Shown in pieces: positions 1-13,535 of a stretch of DNA of 64,000 nt. Position numbers and translations under genes: made by a program. The stretch lies in assembly GCF_001194135.2 (NCBI RefSeq), contig NC_068990.1, forward strand, positions 5,162,633-5,226,632, given 5' to 3'. The notes under the pieces are model-generated. The model searched no databases, was not told the origin of the DNA, and was given only the letters and a program-made list of their open reading frames with translations. Every line of letters begins with the position of its first letter. Positions within the stretch are counted from its first letter, which is position 1. Origin of the DNA: Octopus bimaculoides. Its lineage: Eukaryota.

Positions 1-63
1 TTATTGATATCATAAGCTATCTAAAATGAAATGTATGTATGTATGGATGGATGGATTGATGTC

Positions 64-108
64 ATATATATATATATATATATATTGAGCAATATATATA
101 TATGATGA

Positions 109-152
<44 letters not shown>
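64..152. repeat. (TA)n microsatellite, interrupted
   Basis: Direct reading. Confidence 0.95.
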
Positions 153-156
<4 letters not shown>

Positions 157-629
157 AGAGAATACTTGCAAATGATTCAACTTCTTGAAATATTAAATTT
201 GTAGAATTGACATAACTTAATTGAGTAAAACATTATTTCGAGAGCAGTAACTCCTTCAAATAAAAATGTAACTGAAATCTGATTCAAATACACATCTAAA
301 AAGAAGTATTGAAGATTTCAGGAATACAATGCTTTCTTAATGCTGTAAATGTCTGTATTTATTTTATTCACTTCAGAAGGAATGAATGGCACAGATAACC
401 TCAGAGGGACTCACAATCATAATATAAAACAGTGCAACTAAATGCCACATGAGTCTAACTAATTCCAGCCAACTGAAGAAATAATATTGACCTTAGAAAT
501 AATCATAAGAACAGTGACGTTTAGAAATTAGATATTCAAAGGTCATACTGCTTTGTTGTTGGTGAAGCAGAAGCCAGGTTTTGTAGTTAATATGTATAGC
601 TCTTTGGATCAACTCTATTATAATCCAAC

Positions 630-790
630 AATATAATGGTTTGAGTGTTGCACTCAGATTGCAAGATCATGGTTTCGATTCCAGATTGACAGTGTGATGT
701 GTTCTTGAGCAAAACATTTCATTTCATGTTGCTCCAGTGCACTCACTTGAAAATGGGTAATGCTGCCATGGAATGGTGTTTGGTTTAAAG
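630..790 (+). mobile_element. Degenerate tRNA-derived SINE (family D-like)
   Basis: B-box-like GGTTTCGATTCC followed by the shared block TGTGTTCTTGAGCAAAACATTTCATTTCATGTTGCTCCAGT, also seen at 32864-33120 and 37005-37235. Confidence 0.6.
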
Positions 791-934
791 AGAATATTGG
801 CCTGATTGCCTGCCTAGCCAACGGGGTGACATCATTTGAAAGCTACAACAATGTAAGGAAGTGCATTGTGACCAGCAGTGAATAACAAAATTTTATAGTC
901 TAGTTAATAGATAAAGTTAGGTAATATTAGCCTC

Positions 935-1153
935 TTGAGTGGTACTGACTCATGAGGGCTGGTTTTCCTAGTTTCATGGCATGTATATTCCCCACATGGA
1001 TGGGATGCCAGTCCATCACAGGATTACTCATTTTTACCATTTCAACAGACAATGTGAATTGAAGTATTTTGCTCAACAACATGTGTTGCTTGGCTCAGGA
1101 ATCAAAACCACAATCTTATGATCATGAGTCCAACAACTACTAAGACACGTGCC
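935..1153 (-). mobile_element. tRNA-derived SINE family D
   Basis: Reverse complement aligns by eye with 32864-33120 and 37005-37235 (head GGACTCATGATCATAAGATTGTGGTTTTGATTCCTG). Confidence 0.7.
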
Positions 1154-1369
1154 TTCCCAATCGCCTAGTCAATGCAGATAACTGCATTTATTTGACTGTT
1201 TCTGAATTCACTTCCATGAAGGTCCAACTCAGAAATTCGAATAATAAAATATTTCCTCTGTTGTTTTATTGTTTCTGTCAGCTTTCCAGATTAGATGATA
1301 GTGAGATTGAAAAGACTTACTTAAGATGTGTGGTTCAAAGATTATCATATTTCATCCACTCTTTCATCT

Positions 1370-1588
1370 TTTCTTTTATTTGTTTCATTCATTATACTCT
1401 GGCCATGCTGGGGCACCACCTTGAAGAATTTTAGTTGAATGAATCCACTGCAGTACTTATTTTTATAAAGCCTGGTACTTATTCTATCAGCCTCTTTTGC
1501 CAAACCACTAAGTTAAGGGGATGTAGACACACCAACACCGGTTCTCAAAGGGTGGGGTGGGGGACAAACATGGACACAAAGACACACG

Positions 1589-1641
<53 letters not shown>

Positions 1642-1803
1642 GTATATACGGTGAGCTTTGATCAGTTTCTGTCTACCAAATCCACACACAAGGCTTTGGT
1701 AGGCCTGAGGCTATAGTAGAAGACACTTGCCCAAGGTGTTATGCAGTGGGACTGAACCAGAACCGCATAGATAGATAGTAAACTCCCTACCACATAGCAC
1801 CAC
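1370..1803 (-). mobile_element. tRNA-derived SINE family A, full length, internal (CA)n
   Basis: tRNA-like head, core CCTTGGGCAAGTGTCTTCTACTATAGCCTC, internal microsatellite and 3' CCCCAGCATGGCC block; more than ten copies in the window. Confidence 0.85.
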
Positions 1804-3884
1804 TGTTCATAAAGTAAAAAATATTCTCTCTGGACGTTAGGTTGCATTCTAGACCAAGGCACATTAGTCTTTATATGTAAAATGTATACGTTTCATTTGA
1901 GTTCCTGTTATGGAATGTATCCTACTATAAACCCGTAGACATAGAGGCACCTGGTGCCTGCATAATTAAGAAGTCATTTCATTAGTTTACAGGCTAGAAC
2001 TGAGGGCCTCCATGGACTACATTCTAAGTGAATAGATTCTATCTTTTGAATTATTGGATAAGCAACATAAAACAGAAATAGCTTTCCTGTCAAAATGAGT
2101 TTGAAATTTGGTTCCCAATTGTAGCTATCTTGCTTCATTTTCATCTCATCTCTGGTTTTCTTGGAAATGCTATGAACATTGATTGTGTAGCATTAATTTC
2201 CCCCAAGAAACACCAACTTTTATTCTTCACCAAAGAAAGAAGCTACTTCAGTGTGTTTGCCCAAAGACACCGTTATATCATAAAAAATTATGGCATTAAT
2301 TATATACAGTACCAAAAGACAACAAAACAGTTGTTAATTGAATACAATAAAAAAAATTCATATTATGAAATATCTGAAAGTGTTTCTGTTATAATCCTTT
2401 TATTTATAATCATATATAATAGCAAGAATACAATTGTGGTTAGTCTTGACAGGAATTAGTTTTCATAAAAACTGATGTTTGTTATTGAAGAGAAAAATCA
2501 ATTTAATACCTAGGGCCTATCACTAGAGAAATTTTTTCCTCAAACATTGGATAATTCTTTTTGTAACACTATACTGAAATACCTTAGAAGTTTTGCTTTA
2601 TATTTATAATTCAAATAATTTTCTTCGAACTCTTTTTCTGAATAATTATTAATGTTTGCAGCTCAGTCCCTATTAGAACCTGCCTGAAATGTTGGACATC
2701 ACAGGGGCAAGTTGATGAAATATTGTCATGTTAGCTATTGAGCAGTAGGATAATTTATTCCTCTGCAGATCAAAAGAGATGAGCAATGAATGGAAGTAGT
2801 GCTCTCTGGACACAAATTTTGGGTTGACCAAGGTTGGGTCACTTCGGCAAAAGTATTTGGTTTTTGACATTACTGGTCATGTGTCCAGTTATTTCAGAGG
2901 ACAATGTATGAAAAGATATTCCAATGAAACTGACTACCAAGAGTTTTATAATAATTCATAAAAGGAACCAAATAGATGCTATCAGTATTAATACCACTCC
3001 AAAATAACAGGTTAAATTGACTGTATATTACAATAATATTTTAAGACATTATGCTCTAAGTTTGGGACATAACATTTAAAGTTCAGATTGTTCCAGAGTT
3101 GATAATTAAAAGTACTAATGATATACTGAGATAATTTGGTTAATTAAAACTGTTGCCTTTAAAACTTGTTTCAGGCCAAGTCAAAATTTATCAAAATTAT
3201 TGCGCCATGTGGTAAATGCTTTTAATAAAGATTGGAACCACCTGAGTCAGGTGATTTACCTGGACTAATAAAACACATTGGTCTTTAGCCAACTCAAATA
3301 TCTCATCTGTGCATGTCACATCTACAGATGATAGCAGTAGTTTGCTAACTGAACTGGTTGATCTTCACTGTCGACAGTTTGTGGTATGTTCATCAGCTCA
3401 GCATTTAGAGATATTCACCATTGACGCCATAAGTTCACCCATTAAAATAGTTCACATCTACCATGCTGCACCCATGATTTCAATGTATCCTGGCTTGGAT
3501 GGTTACATGCTATCTAACCCATAGATAGTACACCTGAGAGGTGCTACTACTCCAAGCCAAGAGGTGGTTCTACATTTCTCAAAACGCTGGAAATCCTGAA
3601 TCAGAGATCCACTATCAGATGCAGTTTAAAGTCATACCGAAGTAGCAAATCATAGTCCATTGTGAAGTCTTAGTGCCAAGAGAAGGCTTTTTTTACTTGG
3701 AATGATAAAGATCTTTAACTCATTTACTGCGGAAATCTGATATATCCGTTTAAAATCTCATTACCCTTAACTGCAGGAAGCAGTTTTATTCAATCTATCT
3801 TTTGTAGAAGAACATCATGTTTGAAATTGTTTTTTTTAGCTATGATATGAGAAACATGACTTGCAGAGAGTATTATTATTGTGG

Positions 3885-4285
3885 TCCCATTCCAACCCAG
3901 GTTGCAACAACAAAGTCCACCTACCGCACTTCTCAGACGATCATCACTGCCTCAAGGTCCTGGATACATTCTAAGCCAATGTCTTCAATCAAGCTGTCAA
4001 TATATGACAACGTCGACTAAATTAGATGCTTCCAGTTCAGGATGGTGCTTGTGGTGACCAGATAATCACAGCTGACTTTGCTTAATCTTCTTGCTAATTT
4101 TTGGCAGGTCTCCATAAAAGCATTCACTTGTCATATGTTGCTGCCATTTTACATCTAGGGCCATTTGTAGCATCATTGTATAGCATCCATATAGGCCACT
4201 TGATCATTACTTTGTCAGTGTCCATATTTCACTGCCATATAACAGTACTGATTCTACAGTTGCAATGAACAGCTTAAATTTTAAA
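3885..4285 (-). mobile_element. RTE-like LINE 3' relic (post-RT region)
   Basis: Minus-strand translation KLFIATVESVLLYGSEIWTLTK..GCYTMMLQMALDVKWQQH..GHHKHHPELEAS..YIDSLIEDIGL, with stops and frameshifts; LLYGSE-W-L is typical of RTE-type ORF C-termini. Confidence 0.75.
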
Positions 4286-4939
4286 AAAATGTTTTGCAGA
4301 AATTACCAATTCTATTTTTTTGGTAGATATTTAACTACTAGAATAACAATGAAAGTTAATTTTGCAGTTAAAGGGTTTAGAAAAGTTTGAGCAAAACATA
4401 TTCACCTTTCTTTCAACTTAAAACTACTTTCATACCATACTGAAAGAAACTTATTACCAACTCGTCATAACATTCATACATCCTCTGAGCTTTAAACTTA
4501 GCATTTCTTTTTGGGTCAAAACATAGGATAGAAATTGTAAGAGAAAAATGTTTAGCACTGATATCAGCTGTAATTTGATTGAGTAGGTCTCAAAATTAGA
4601 TTTCCCTTCATTTCAAACAACTCATTCAATATTATCAAAAATATGAAATAGTTTTCTCGTTTCAGCCAACCCAAATTTCCTTTTCTCTTCACAAAAAGTT
4701 TTCTCAGTGAATAAGATGAATCTGTCTACACCTAATTAGTGTTACCTTCAGAGCTATGCATTTATTTGATTTATTTATTTATTTTTTTACTTTATATAAA
4801 CATGAAAACTCAGATTTGAAAAGATAAGGAATAGGAAGTTCAAAACTTTATATTTTTCTACTGAAAATTATAGTATTACTCCATTTGTCAGTGTGCAAAC
4901 TTCACCCCCACCACTCTCTCTTCAAACACACATTCAGAT

Positions 4940-5085
<146 letters not shown>

Positions 5086-5325
5086 AATAACAAATTATGT
5101 CATGAACTTCATTAGCTTACAACTGTTTCTGCTACAAGATGAAATGCAGTCAGAGTTGAATGCTTATGTATCACCCCTTAGCTTCATTGGAGCCTTCAAA
5201 ACTAAAATGTATTACATCTTGTAGCCAAAACAGCTCTCAATAGATGAAGTTCATAACATAGTTTCTTATTCCCTTGTCATTTTAATTTCTTATTGCAACT
5301 CTGTACTTGATTAATGCTTTCATCT

Positions 5326-5330
<5 letters not shown>

Positions 5331-5357
<27 letters not shown>

Positions 5358-5520
5358 GTTTAACGTCCGCTTTCCATGCTAGCATAACACCAGGTTATCA
5401 CTATACCCAAACAAGATAATAATAACGAATGTATGCATGTAGAGAATATATATTGCCAGTTCTCAGTGAAACTGTCCAACCCATGTCTGTATGGAAAGCG
5501 GACGTTAAACGATGATAATG
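5331..5520. repeat. Two inverted 3' ends of the (ATG)n-tailed repeat
   Basis: 5352-5377 is the exact reverse complement of 5491-5516 (26 bp). Confidence 0.85.
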
Positions 5521-5536
5521 ATTATGATACATATAT

Positions 5537-5575
<39 letters not shown>

Positions 5576-6321
5576 NNNNNNNNNNNNNNNNNNNNNNNNN
5601 NNNNNNNNNNNNNNNNNNNNNNNNNNNNNNNNNNNNNNNNNNNNNNNNNNNNNNNNNNNNNNNNNNNNNNNNNNNNNNNNNNNNNNNNNNNNNNNNNNNN
5701 NNNNNNNNNNNNNNNNNNNNNNNNNNNNNNNNNNNNNNNNNNNNNNNNNNNNNNNNNNNNNNNNNNNNNNNNNNNNNNNNNNNNNNNNNNNNNNNNNNNN
5801 NNNNNNNNNNNNNNNNNNNNNNNNNNNNNNNNNNNNNNNNNNNNNNNNNNNNNNNNNNNNNNNNNNNNNNNNNNNNNNNNNNNNNNNNNNNNNNNNNNNN
5901 NNNNNNNNNNNNNNNNNNNNNNNNNNNNNNNNNNNNNNNNNNNNNNNNNNNNNNNNNNNNNNNNNNNNNNNNNNNNNNNNNNNNNNNNNNNNNNNNNNNN
6001 NNNNNNNNNNNNNNNNNNNNNNNNNNNNNNNNNNNNNNNNNNNNNNNNNNNNNNNNNNNNNNNNNNNNNNNNNNNNNNNNNNNNNNNNNNNNNNNNNNNN
6101 NNNNNNNNNNNNNNNNNNNNNNNNNNNNNNNNNNNNNNNNNNNNNNNNNNNNNNNNNNNNNNNNNNNNNNNNNNNNNNNNNNNNNNNNNNNNNNNNNNNN
6201 NNNNNNNNNNNNNNNNNNNNNNNNNNNNNNNNNNNNNNNNNNNNNNNNNNNNNNNNNNNNNNNNNNNNNNNNNNNNNNNNNNNNNNNNNNNNNNNNNNNN
6301 NNNNNNNNNNNNNNNNNNNNN
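5576..6321. other. Assembly gap (N); other gaps at 7753-7873, 13631-13640, 23425-23955, 26260-26537, 42479-42525, 50783-51736, 52185-52194
   Basis: Runs of N; the long poly-X ORFs derive from these. Confidence 1.
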
Positions 6322-6360
6322 GTAATAAATGGCTGCAGGTAAAAGGAAATTTTACCCTTA

Positions 6361-6404
<44 letters not shown>

Positions 6405-6406
<2 letters not shown>

Positions 6407-6790
6407 GAAGTACCTGCATAAAGAAGCTTTTGCCCCAAGGACTTCCATGCTGATAGCTGATATGGTTTCTAAATTAGGAGCTGATGTTTAGCTTTATCAA
6501 TGGTGCAAAAATGGGCAGCTGTATTTTGGAGGTGAAAGGAGTGTCTTGAAGATGATACAACATCCAGATGTCCTTCAACTTCCACCATTGAGGAATACAT
6601 TGACTATAAATCAAGTAGCTGTTGGATGACAGGCTACTGACTATAAATCTAGTAGCCAAAGCTGTTAGCATATCCTGTGAGAAAGTTTAGAATACTCTGT
6701 ACAATGAACTTGGCAAGATGATGGTTTCTGCTCGGTGGGAGCCACATATGATACCTGATCAAAGGTGCACAAAGGTGATACAATCAACTC
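6405..6790 (+). mobile_element. Mariner transposase relic (N-terminal part)
   Basis: KYLHKE..LSMVQKWAAVF..CLEDD..VSARWEPHMI (WVPHxL-like); homologous to 18030-18420. Confidence 0.75.
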
Positions 6791-7472
6791 ATTCCATTCC
6801 ATCAAATTTCTGCCTTTATATCTATGTAAAAATTTACTATTATTTTTTTATTGCAGTTTCTATAATTTTCCTTATACTTTTTGGCAAGACAACGCTTTTC
6901 CACCATCTCTCATATTTATTACTGCTTACCTACCCTCTCATGTACTTACTTCAGCTCATCATTCCACTCTTTTTTCACAGTGTTTTTGTTCTAGTCTCTT
7001 TCACCTTATCTGATCTCACATGCAGTTCTCTCTCTCTCTCTCTCTCTTTCCCAATCACTCTTTCACAGAAACAAACATTTATGTGCTTCACAGTCACGTT
7101 TTTAAAGCCATTTACATAAATGCAAACAACTAACTGAAGTAGAAAAAGAGTTGCATAAACACTCGACTTTTGTAAAATGTAGTGGAAACATGGATATATA
7201 ATGACACAAACAAGTGAAAGAGAAAAAAACCTACCCATAATATTCCAATCTGTAAGTATGATGTATCAGGAATTTTATGAAAATAGATCAGTATCCTCAA
7301 GATTTAAATGAGATGATTTACTCTTTGTGATACTGCCAAATGTGACAGCAAATGTCGAAATTTAGGAAGTTATTTCACTCAGAGTAAAAATAAGTCATTT
7401 GACACATTATTGCACAAAATCATTTAAATGTCTATATCATTTATGATTTAGAATTTGGTAGGGAGAAGGTGA

Positions 7473-7521
<49 letters not shown>

Positions 7522-8051
7522 TTTGTGTGTTTACATTTATGTTCAAGGAAAATCATATTAGAAATCTTACTGCTTGAACAGCTTGACAATATGTTGTTTG
7601 TGTTGGATGAATGACTAGAGTAATTGCTAAACTATACTGATGTACCACATACACAAACATATATATTATTACAGCTATAGGTGGGTGCGTGTGTGTTTGC
7701 ATAAATTTATACATATGGCCACAGTCATTGGACTGAAACATATAACAGAATANNNNNNNNNNNNNNNNNNNNNNNNNNNNNNNNNNNNNNNNNNNNNNNN
7801 NNNNNNNNNNNNNNNNNNNNNNNNNNNNNNNNNNNNNNNNNNNNNNNNNNNNNNNNNNNNNNNNNNNNNNNNNATATATATATATATATATATATACATA
7901 TATACATATATGCGGTTGTATGGTTAAGAAGTTTTCTTTGGAACTGTGGTTTCAGTTTCAAACTCATAGCATAGTAATAAACTACTTATAAAAAATTGAA
8001 CTAATCGGTTGAGCAAAATCACTAAAATTTGTGACCATATATAACTATTGT

Positions 8052-8250
8052 AAAGGTGCATGGCATAGTGGTTTGGGTGTTTCACTCATGATTGTAAGAT
8101 CAGGGTTAGGGTTAGGAACCCTGGACCAGTGGTTCATTGTGTTCTTGAGCAAAACTCTTCAGTTCACCCATCTATACATGGGTAACCCTGCAATGGACTG
8201 GCATTCCGTTCAGGAGAAACATTGGCATGTCTATCTAGCTACCAGGGTGG
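8052..8250 (+). mobile_element. tRNA-derived SINE (family D-like), degenerate
   Basis: Head GCATGGCATAGTGGTT and block GTTCTTGAGCAAAAC. Confidence 0.6.
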
Positions 8251-8265
8251 CATTATTTGAAGGTG

Positions 8266-8580
8266 AAGGCACATGGCTCAGTGGTTTAAGCATTGAGCTC
8301 ACAATCATGAGGTAGTGAGTTCCATTCCTGGGCCAAGCCATGTGTTGTGTTCTTGAGCAAGACACTTTATTTCACATTGCTCCAGTTCACTCAGCTGTAG
8401 AAATGAGATATGATGTCACAGGTGCCAAGCTGTATCAGCCTTTGCCTTTCCCTTGGATTACATGGAGAGGGGGGGGGTGCTGGTATGCATGGGCGACTGC
8501 TGGTCTTCCATAAACAATCTTGCTTGGATTTGTGCCTTGGAGAAGAACTTTCTAGGTTCAATCTCATGGTCATTTATTAC
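8266..8580 (+). mobile_element. tRNA-derived SINE, D-related head with a different body
   Basis: GGCACATGGCTCAGTGGTT head; TGTGTTCTTGAGCAAGACACTTTATTTCACATTGCTCCAGTTCACTCAGCTG block. Confidence 0.65.
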
Positions 8581-9244
8581 CGGAGGAGTTGTTTACCCTA
8601 TCTCTGAAGAAAATCAAAGATCTAAAACTAACCAGGCAGATCCCTTTTTTCCTGTTCATAGAGAGGAATAAAGGAAACATTTATTTACATTTGTCATAAC
8701 ACAGTTCTGGCTCCATTGTGTTGCCATAAAAAGTTTACTTTGAATCTCATTACAGATGTAGCAGAGAGTGTTTAGTGCATAAATAATTAAGCAGTTATTC
8801 ATATTCTTTCATTAATGCATGTTTGTGTTGATGACAAATACACTTAAGTCATAATGTATGGTCTCCCTAATGCTAAGTAGGTACTGCTTCACTTCACTCA
8901 TTCTTCACTTCACTCTGAAAAATATATTTTGTTATATTCTTAAATATATAATGTATCATTAATATACCATCTTAGAAAAGCAAGTCACAGGGGTGCCATA
9001 ATTACTGTGGAATTAAATAACTTGATTCAGTAATTTACCAAACACAATTCATCAAAAATAGGCATAAATTGCAAAGAGTCATTAATGGGAAATTCCTCAA
9101 ACTTCTACCTCAAACTGAAATTTAATACTGATTGCATCACACAACAGCTGCTACAGCCCTACCAATTACAGTCCAAGTTCTAAATGATTTTTTTCCATCA
9201 GCCAGTATACATGCATTTTAATATTTTTAATATTTTCACCTTAT

Positions 9245-9610
9245 AGGTGCAGGCATGGCTGTGTGGTTAAGAAGCGCACTTTGCAATATCACTTTGGGCC
9301 AATCAATGCCTTGTGAGAGATTTTGTTAGATGGAAACTGTGTGAAGGCCTCTCTTACATATATATGTGTATGTGTGTGTATGTGTGTATTTGTTCCTCCC
9401 AACCAATGTTTATCCTTCATGTTAACTGGTGTTAGTTTGTTTACATCCCAATAGCTTACTAGTTTGCAGAAAAGAGACCTATAGAACAAGTTCAGACTTG
9501 AAACATATATACTGGGGCTGATTTGCTTTACTAAATCCTTCAAGATGGTACCCCAACATGGTTATAGTCCTTTGATGAAAACAAGTGAAAGATTAACAGT
9601 AAAAGTAAGA
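9245..9610 (+). mobile_element. SINE family A with deletion in the head
   Basis: GGCATGGCTGTGTGGTTAAGAAG head, internal (TA)/(TG) tract, family 3' end. Confidence 0.75.
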
Positions 9611-11359
9611 TAAATTCAATATAAAATTTCAATATCGTTTCAAATTAATTGTAAATCCAAAATATTTTGATCCTTATAAATAATTAATAAATAACCTATT
9701 GTAATAAGTTTTGCACATATCAGAGAATGATTGAACCCAGGTGAAAAACACTGATAGGTAGTACTGCTGTAGCAATTTGAGATAGGCTTCATCACCTGTT
9801 ACACTATTGCCATAGATAGTGCTGTGACAAAGTAATTATTAATGAATTAGTGCTAACACACTGTCTTAATGATAGTGAAGGCTACCTAAAATTTTCAATG
9901 TATCACTCTTTGTCAGCTCCACCATGTGGCTTTTAGAGGCCCCCTGCAAATTTTGTTTTGTGGCCGCATCCCTTCAATCAAAATTCGTAATCTATGCACC
10001 TTTTATTCAAACCTATATGTTACTTTATTCTATCTGAAGTTCAATATTTCACGTTATCCTAAACAATATCTTTAAAAGTTCAACAAGTTAAATTTACTTA
10101 GGTCTATTACAAATTTCAATAAGTAAAACTTCCAGATATGAATAAAAGAGCACTTTTATAATTCAGGTAACTTTCAAAGACAAACATGGCACACTTTTTG
10201 CTTTGTGAAATCATTGATCAGTTCAGAATAATCAAGTTGAGAGGTAAGTTTATCTTCAATAGGTATCATAGACAATCCACAAAGTCTGGTACACAGTCAT
10301 GGTACAATGTAATATTTTTACAAGAATTTTTGCAGGTACAATGTATTACTATTTCATTTCTTGAAATTTTCAGTGAACATTGATAGTTTAATTCTTGTTC
10401 AACATCTTAACCGAAGTAAATAGATAACTCATCTACATACTTTGATATTAATATGGGGCCCCTCAACTGCTGAGGCTCCCTGTAACCCCTGCAGTTGCAG
10501 GGACTTAGTGACGGCCCTGCTGTTTGTTTAACATGGCAGTATGTGAATTGAAAGGTACTTAGGTGAATTGAGAGGTATTATTTGGCTGTTATTTCTAACA
10601 TGCTGATTGACTATGCAGAGGCTTCCCTTAGTGGGGTTGTAAGGACTGAATTAGTCTTCACCTTACATCACATCGAAATTTATAAATCAATCAATGATAG
10701 TGATGAACCAGTGTATTCAATTCCTCTTTTAACTTCAAGATGCTTAGTGAGAAATAACTTTGTGAAATTATATATATATATTTTTTTTTGAAATGACATC
10801 TTGCAACAATTATTTTGTAAAGGAATTACATGCTGCATATTCAATATGCATTTAGAAAATTTGTTAATTGAATCTCGAAAACAACTTTCTGTTCTAAAAA
10901 GAAATGGAAGATCATTGTAGTATGCCTATATTAGATTAACCATGCAGTTTTGCACTCGCTATGTGCAGAAGTTTGCATTTTCAGTATATGTGTCAGGAAA
11001 TGAATTTTGGTACTGAATTACAGTAAGACCTTTGTGAAAAAATTGACTTTCGCTGTAAATTTTCTAACCATTTTGATTAGTACAAACAAATTTTGCAAGA
11101 ACATGATAACTTTGTACAAAAATGATGCATAAGCATTTTTGAGACATGTGCACGAAGAATTCTTGAACTGTGTACCTAGAAATATTGAAACAACTCAAAA
11201 GATTACAAAAATTTTCCTCAAGAATTTGTTTAAGTCGTATTCACCGATCTTTTGTAACTCTTCTTTTAGTTTTGGTTGATTAATCTAAAACTAGCGAGAT
11301 AGAGAACCAGCAATGCGAACTGCTAATGGTTTGACAGGAAAATCATATGACCTGAACAA

Positions 11360-11560
11360 AATTTGGGTGTAAACTAGCAACACTTAAAAATGCAGCTGGT
11401 ATGTCAAGATTACCATTTTCTCAAACTATGATTTGACTCTTTACAACATGTCGTTAAAAGTTTAAAGAGTGTTTTCTAGAATTAATATTCACCAAAATTA
11501 AACTAAGAATTATGATGGTGTTGAAAGCACTTTTGTCAGTTTTAAGACTAAAAATGAAAC
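11360..11560 (+). mobile_element. Possible hAT-like transposase C-terminal relic
   Basis: CKLATLKNAAG..RVFSRINI/TKIKLR (frameshifted) resembles the ERxFSxxxxxKTKLR hAT dimerisation motif. Confidence 0.4.
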
Positions 11561-12175
11561 TTAAAGAATGAATAATTTGCTGCTGAGATTGATAATCCAT
11601 GTAAAGCTATTGTGAAGAATTACTCAAGCATTTACAAAAATGAAAAAGAAATTTGTGAAAAAGAGAAAAAATTAATGATCCATAAAATTTAAATTTTTAA
11701 CATGTAAGGACCCTAATAAATCTATTAAGTATTCAACAAAGTAAATTAGAATTCATCTATAAACAATCATCTTTCTTCGCTCATGTAGTATAAAACGTCT
11801 CTAAACAGTGAAGATTCTCATAGATGTTTCTTCTCATTATAAACTTTCTCGTCTAAACACCATTCTTGTGTGTCTTATTCAAGCCAAATGTATTCAAGTA
11901 TTCTGGTATCTAAGAAAAGAGGATTATTTAAAAAGCAGTTGAAAACAAAGAAAATAATTACCTCATAGTGAGCACAGATTTGACTGTTGCTACCGTTTCT
12001 CTTCACAGGATTCAAGTGCATGGTACTGGCTTCATATCAGATAAAGGGGGTTCCTGCTCTTGTAAATTAAGACAAACATTAGTTATTGTTGTTGTTTAAG
12101 CCATATTAGCCCTGGTCCACCTATGATCAATGGTATTCCACCTGTGACAAATTCTACTTTTCTTTCAACAAGATG

Positions 12176-12229
<54 letters not shown>

Positions 12230-12276
12230 TGGATAATAATAAATGGAGCAAAACGCATGTCAATAAAAGTTCCTTT

Positions 12277-12368
12277 AATTCCTACACATGTTTCAAAATA
12301 AATAAGAGAACTTTCACAAAGAAGAAAGAGCTGTTGGGGTTCCTCATTTATTTCTCTTCAGGGAGTTC
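12277..12368 (-). ncRNA. Type-I hammerhead ribozyme motif
   Basis: Minus strand: stem I GAACUCC/GGAAUU, core CUGAAGA, long stem II (AAAUAAAU/AUUUAUUU plus extension), GAAA, stem III ACAUGUGU, GUA cleavage triplet. Only deviation in the core region is G10.1-U11.1 instead of G-C. Confidence 0.7.
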
Positions 12369-12474
12369 ATAATAAAACATGTAATAGCAAGACAAAAACG
12401 AAATGATGGGGTAACTTACGAGCAGAGATGTTACATGGTCAGTGACCGTTAGAAACCTTCTAACGGTCACTGAC

Positions 12475-12600
12475 CATGATGATGGTGATGATGATGATGA
12501 TGATGATGATGATGGTGGTGGTGATAACAGTGATGATGATGATGATGATGATGATGATAACAATGATGATGATAAGGATGATGAAGATGATGATGGTGAT
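12475..12600. repeat. (GAT)n-rich microsatellite
   Basis: Direct reading. Confidence 0.95.
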
Positions 12601-13535
12601 AGATTTCGTTAGCATTGCATAAAACATCTTTCATATATAAATCAAGTCAAAGGTAGCATCTAAGATATCATCCATTACATAGCAGTATTTTATCCATTAG
12701 TAATCTTTCGCTACTTGTATCCCAATACTTTCAAAGCATGTATTGCTATATTCTGTGCATTGTCTGTAATATAACATAAACTTTTTCTGAAATTCTATAT
12801 TTATATTACATAAGTATCCAGACAATGTCTAAAATACAAAAGATACCATTCTTCTTTTCTCATAGAATAAAGAAATTGGAGCTTAGAACGATAATGGAAT
12901 AAGACATTTCTAGCTTCATAGCATCTGTACTATTCTGTTTCAATTCCATTTTCTTTGGAAATTACTAATTAAAAGTTTCCTGAAAATAAAGAATCTTCAT
13001 TCTGATATTGATGCAAGCTTGTAATCCTACTATGGGCTAGTGAACATCCAATATTGCTAGATTGCTGTGTAATCATAAAAGTATAGAAGTGCTTAGCTAG
13101 GAAACTCTAGGTAAGGAATGAAATCTTGTCTGCACTATTAAACTGGTTAAGCTTTTAGTTAAACCTCAGGCTTATAGTAAATAATTAGTTGAATAGTTTT
13201 CATAGATAGGCCTACGGCATAAGTGATGAATAGACATACAGACGTATAAGTAGATGTATAGGCAGTCAAAGAGATTACACCCACCTACACACACACACAC
13301 ACACACACATACACACACACATGCACCTACATACTTACATGCAAACATATTAATATTGTGTATATATGTGGGTATATAAATATAATAAATATGTGGGTAT
13401 ATATATATTTATATGTATATAGCATTGTTGAGTGTTTGTATTTATTTGTATATATATGTATATATACATAGAGAGTCTCACACTCACACAAACGCACATG
13501 CACTCGCACACATGCACACACACACACACACTGAA

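Noticed and set aside
2673-2870. ORF with faint similarity to a mariner N-terminus (EHYFHSLLISF)
   Set aside because: Too short and weak; no TIR or further motifs.
5433-6491. Long ORFs with poly-X (also 23310-24055, 26144-26656, 50685-51922)
   Set aside because: They span N-gaps and microsatellites.
9915-10520. GC-rich ends (GGGGCCCC, GTGACGGCCCTG) suggesting a hAT MITE
   Set aside because: Could not match a left TIR or a TSD.
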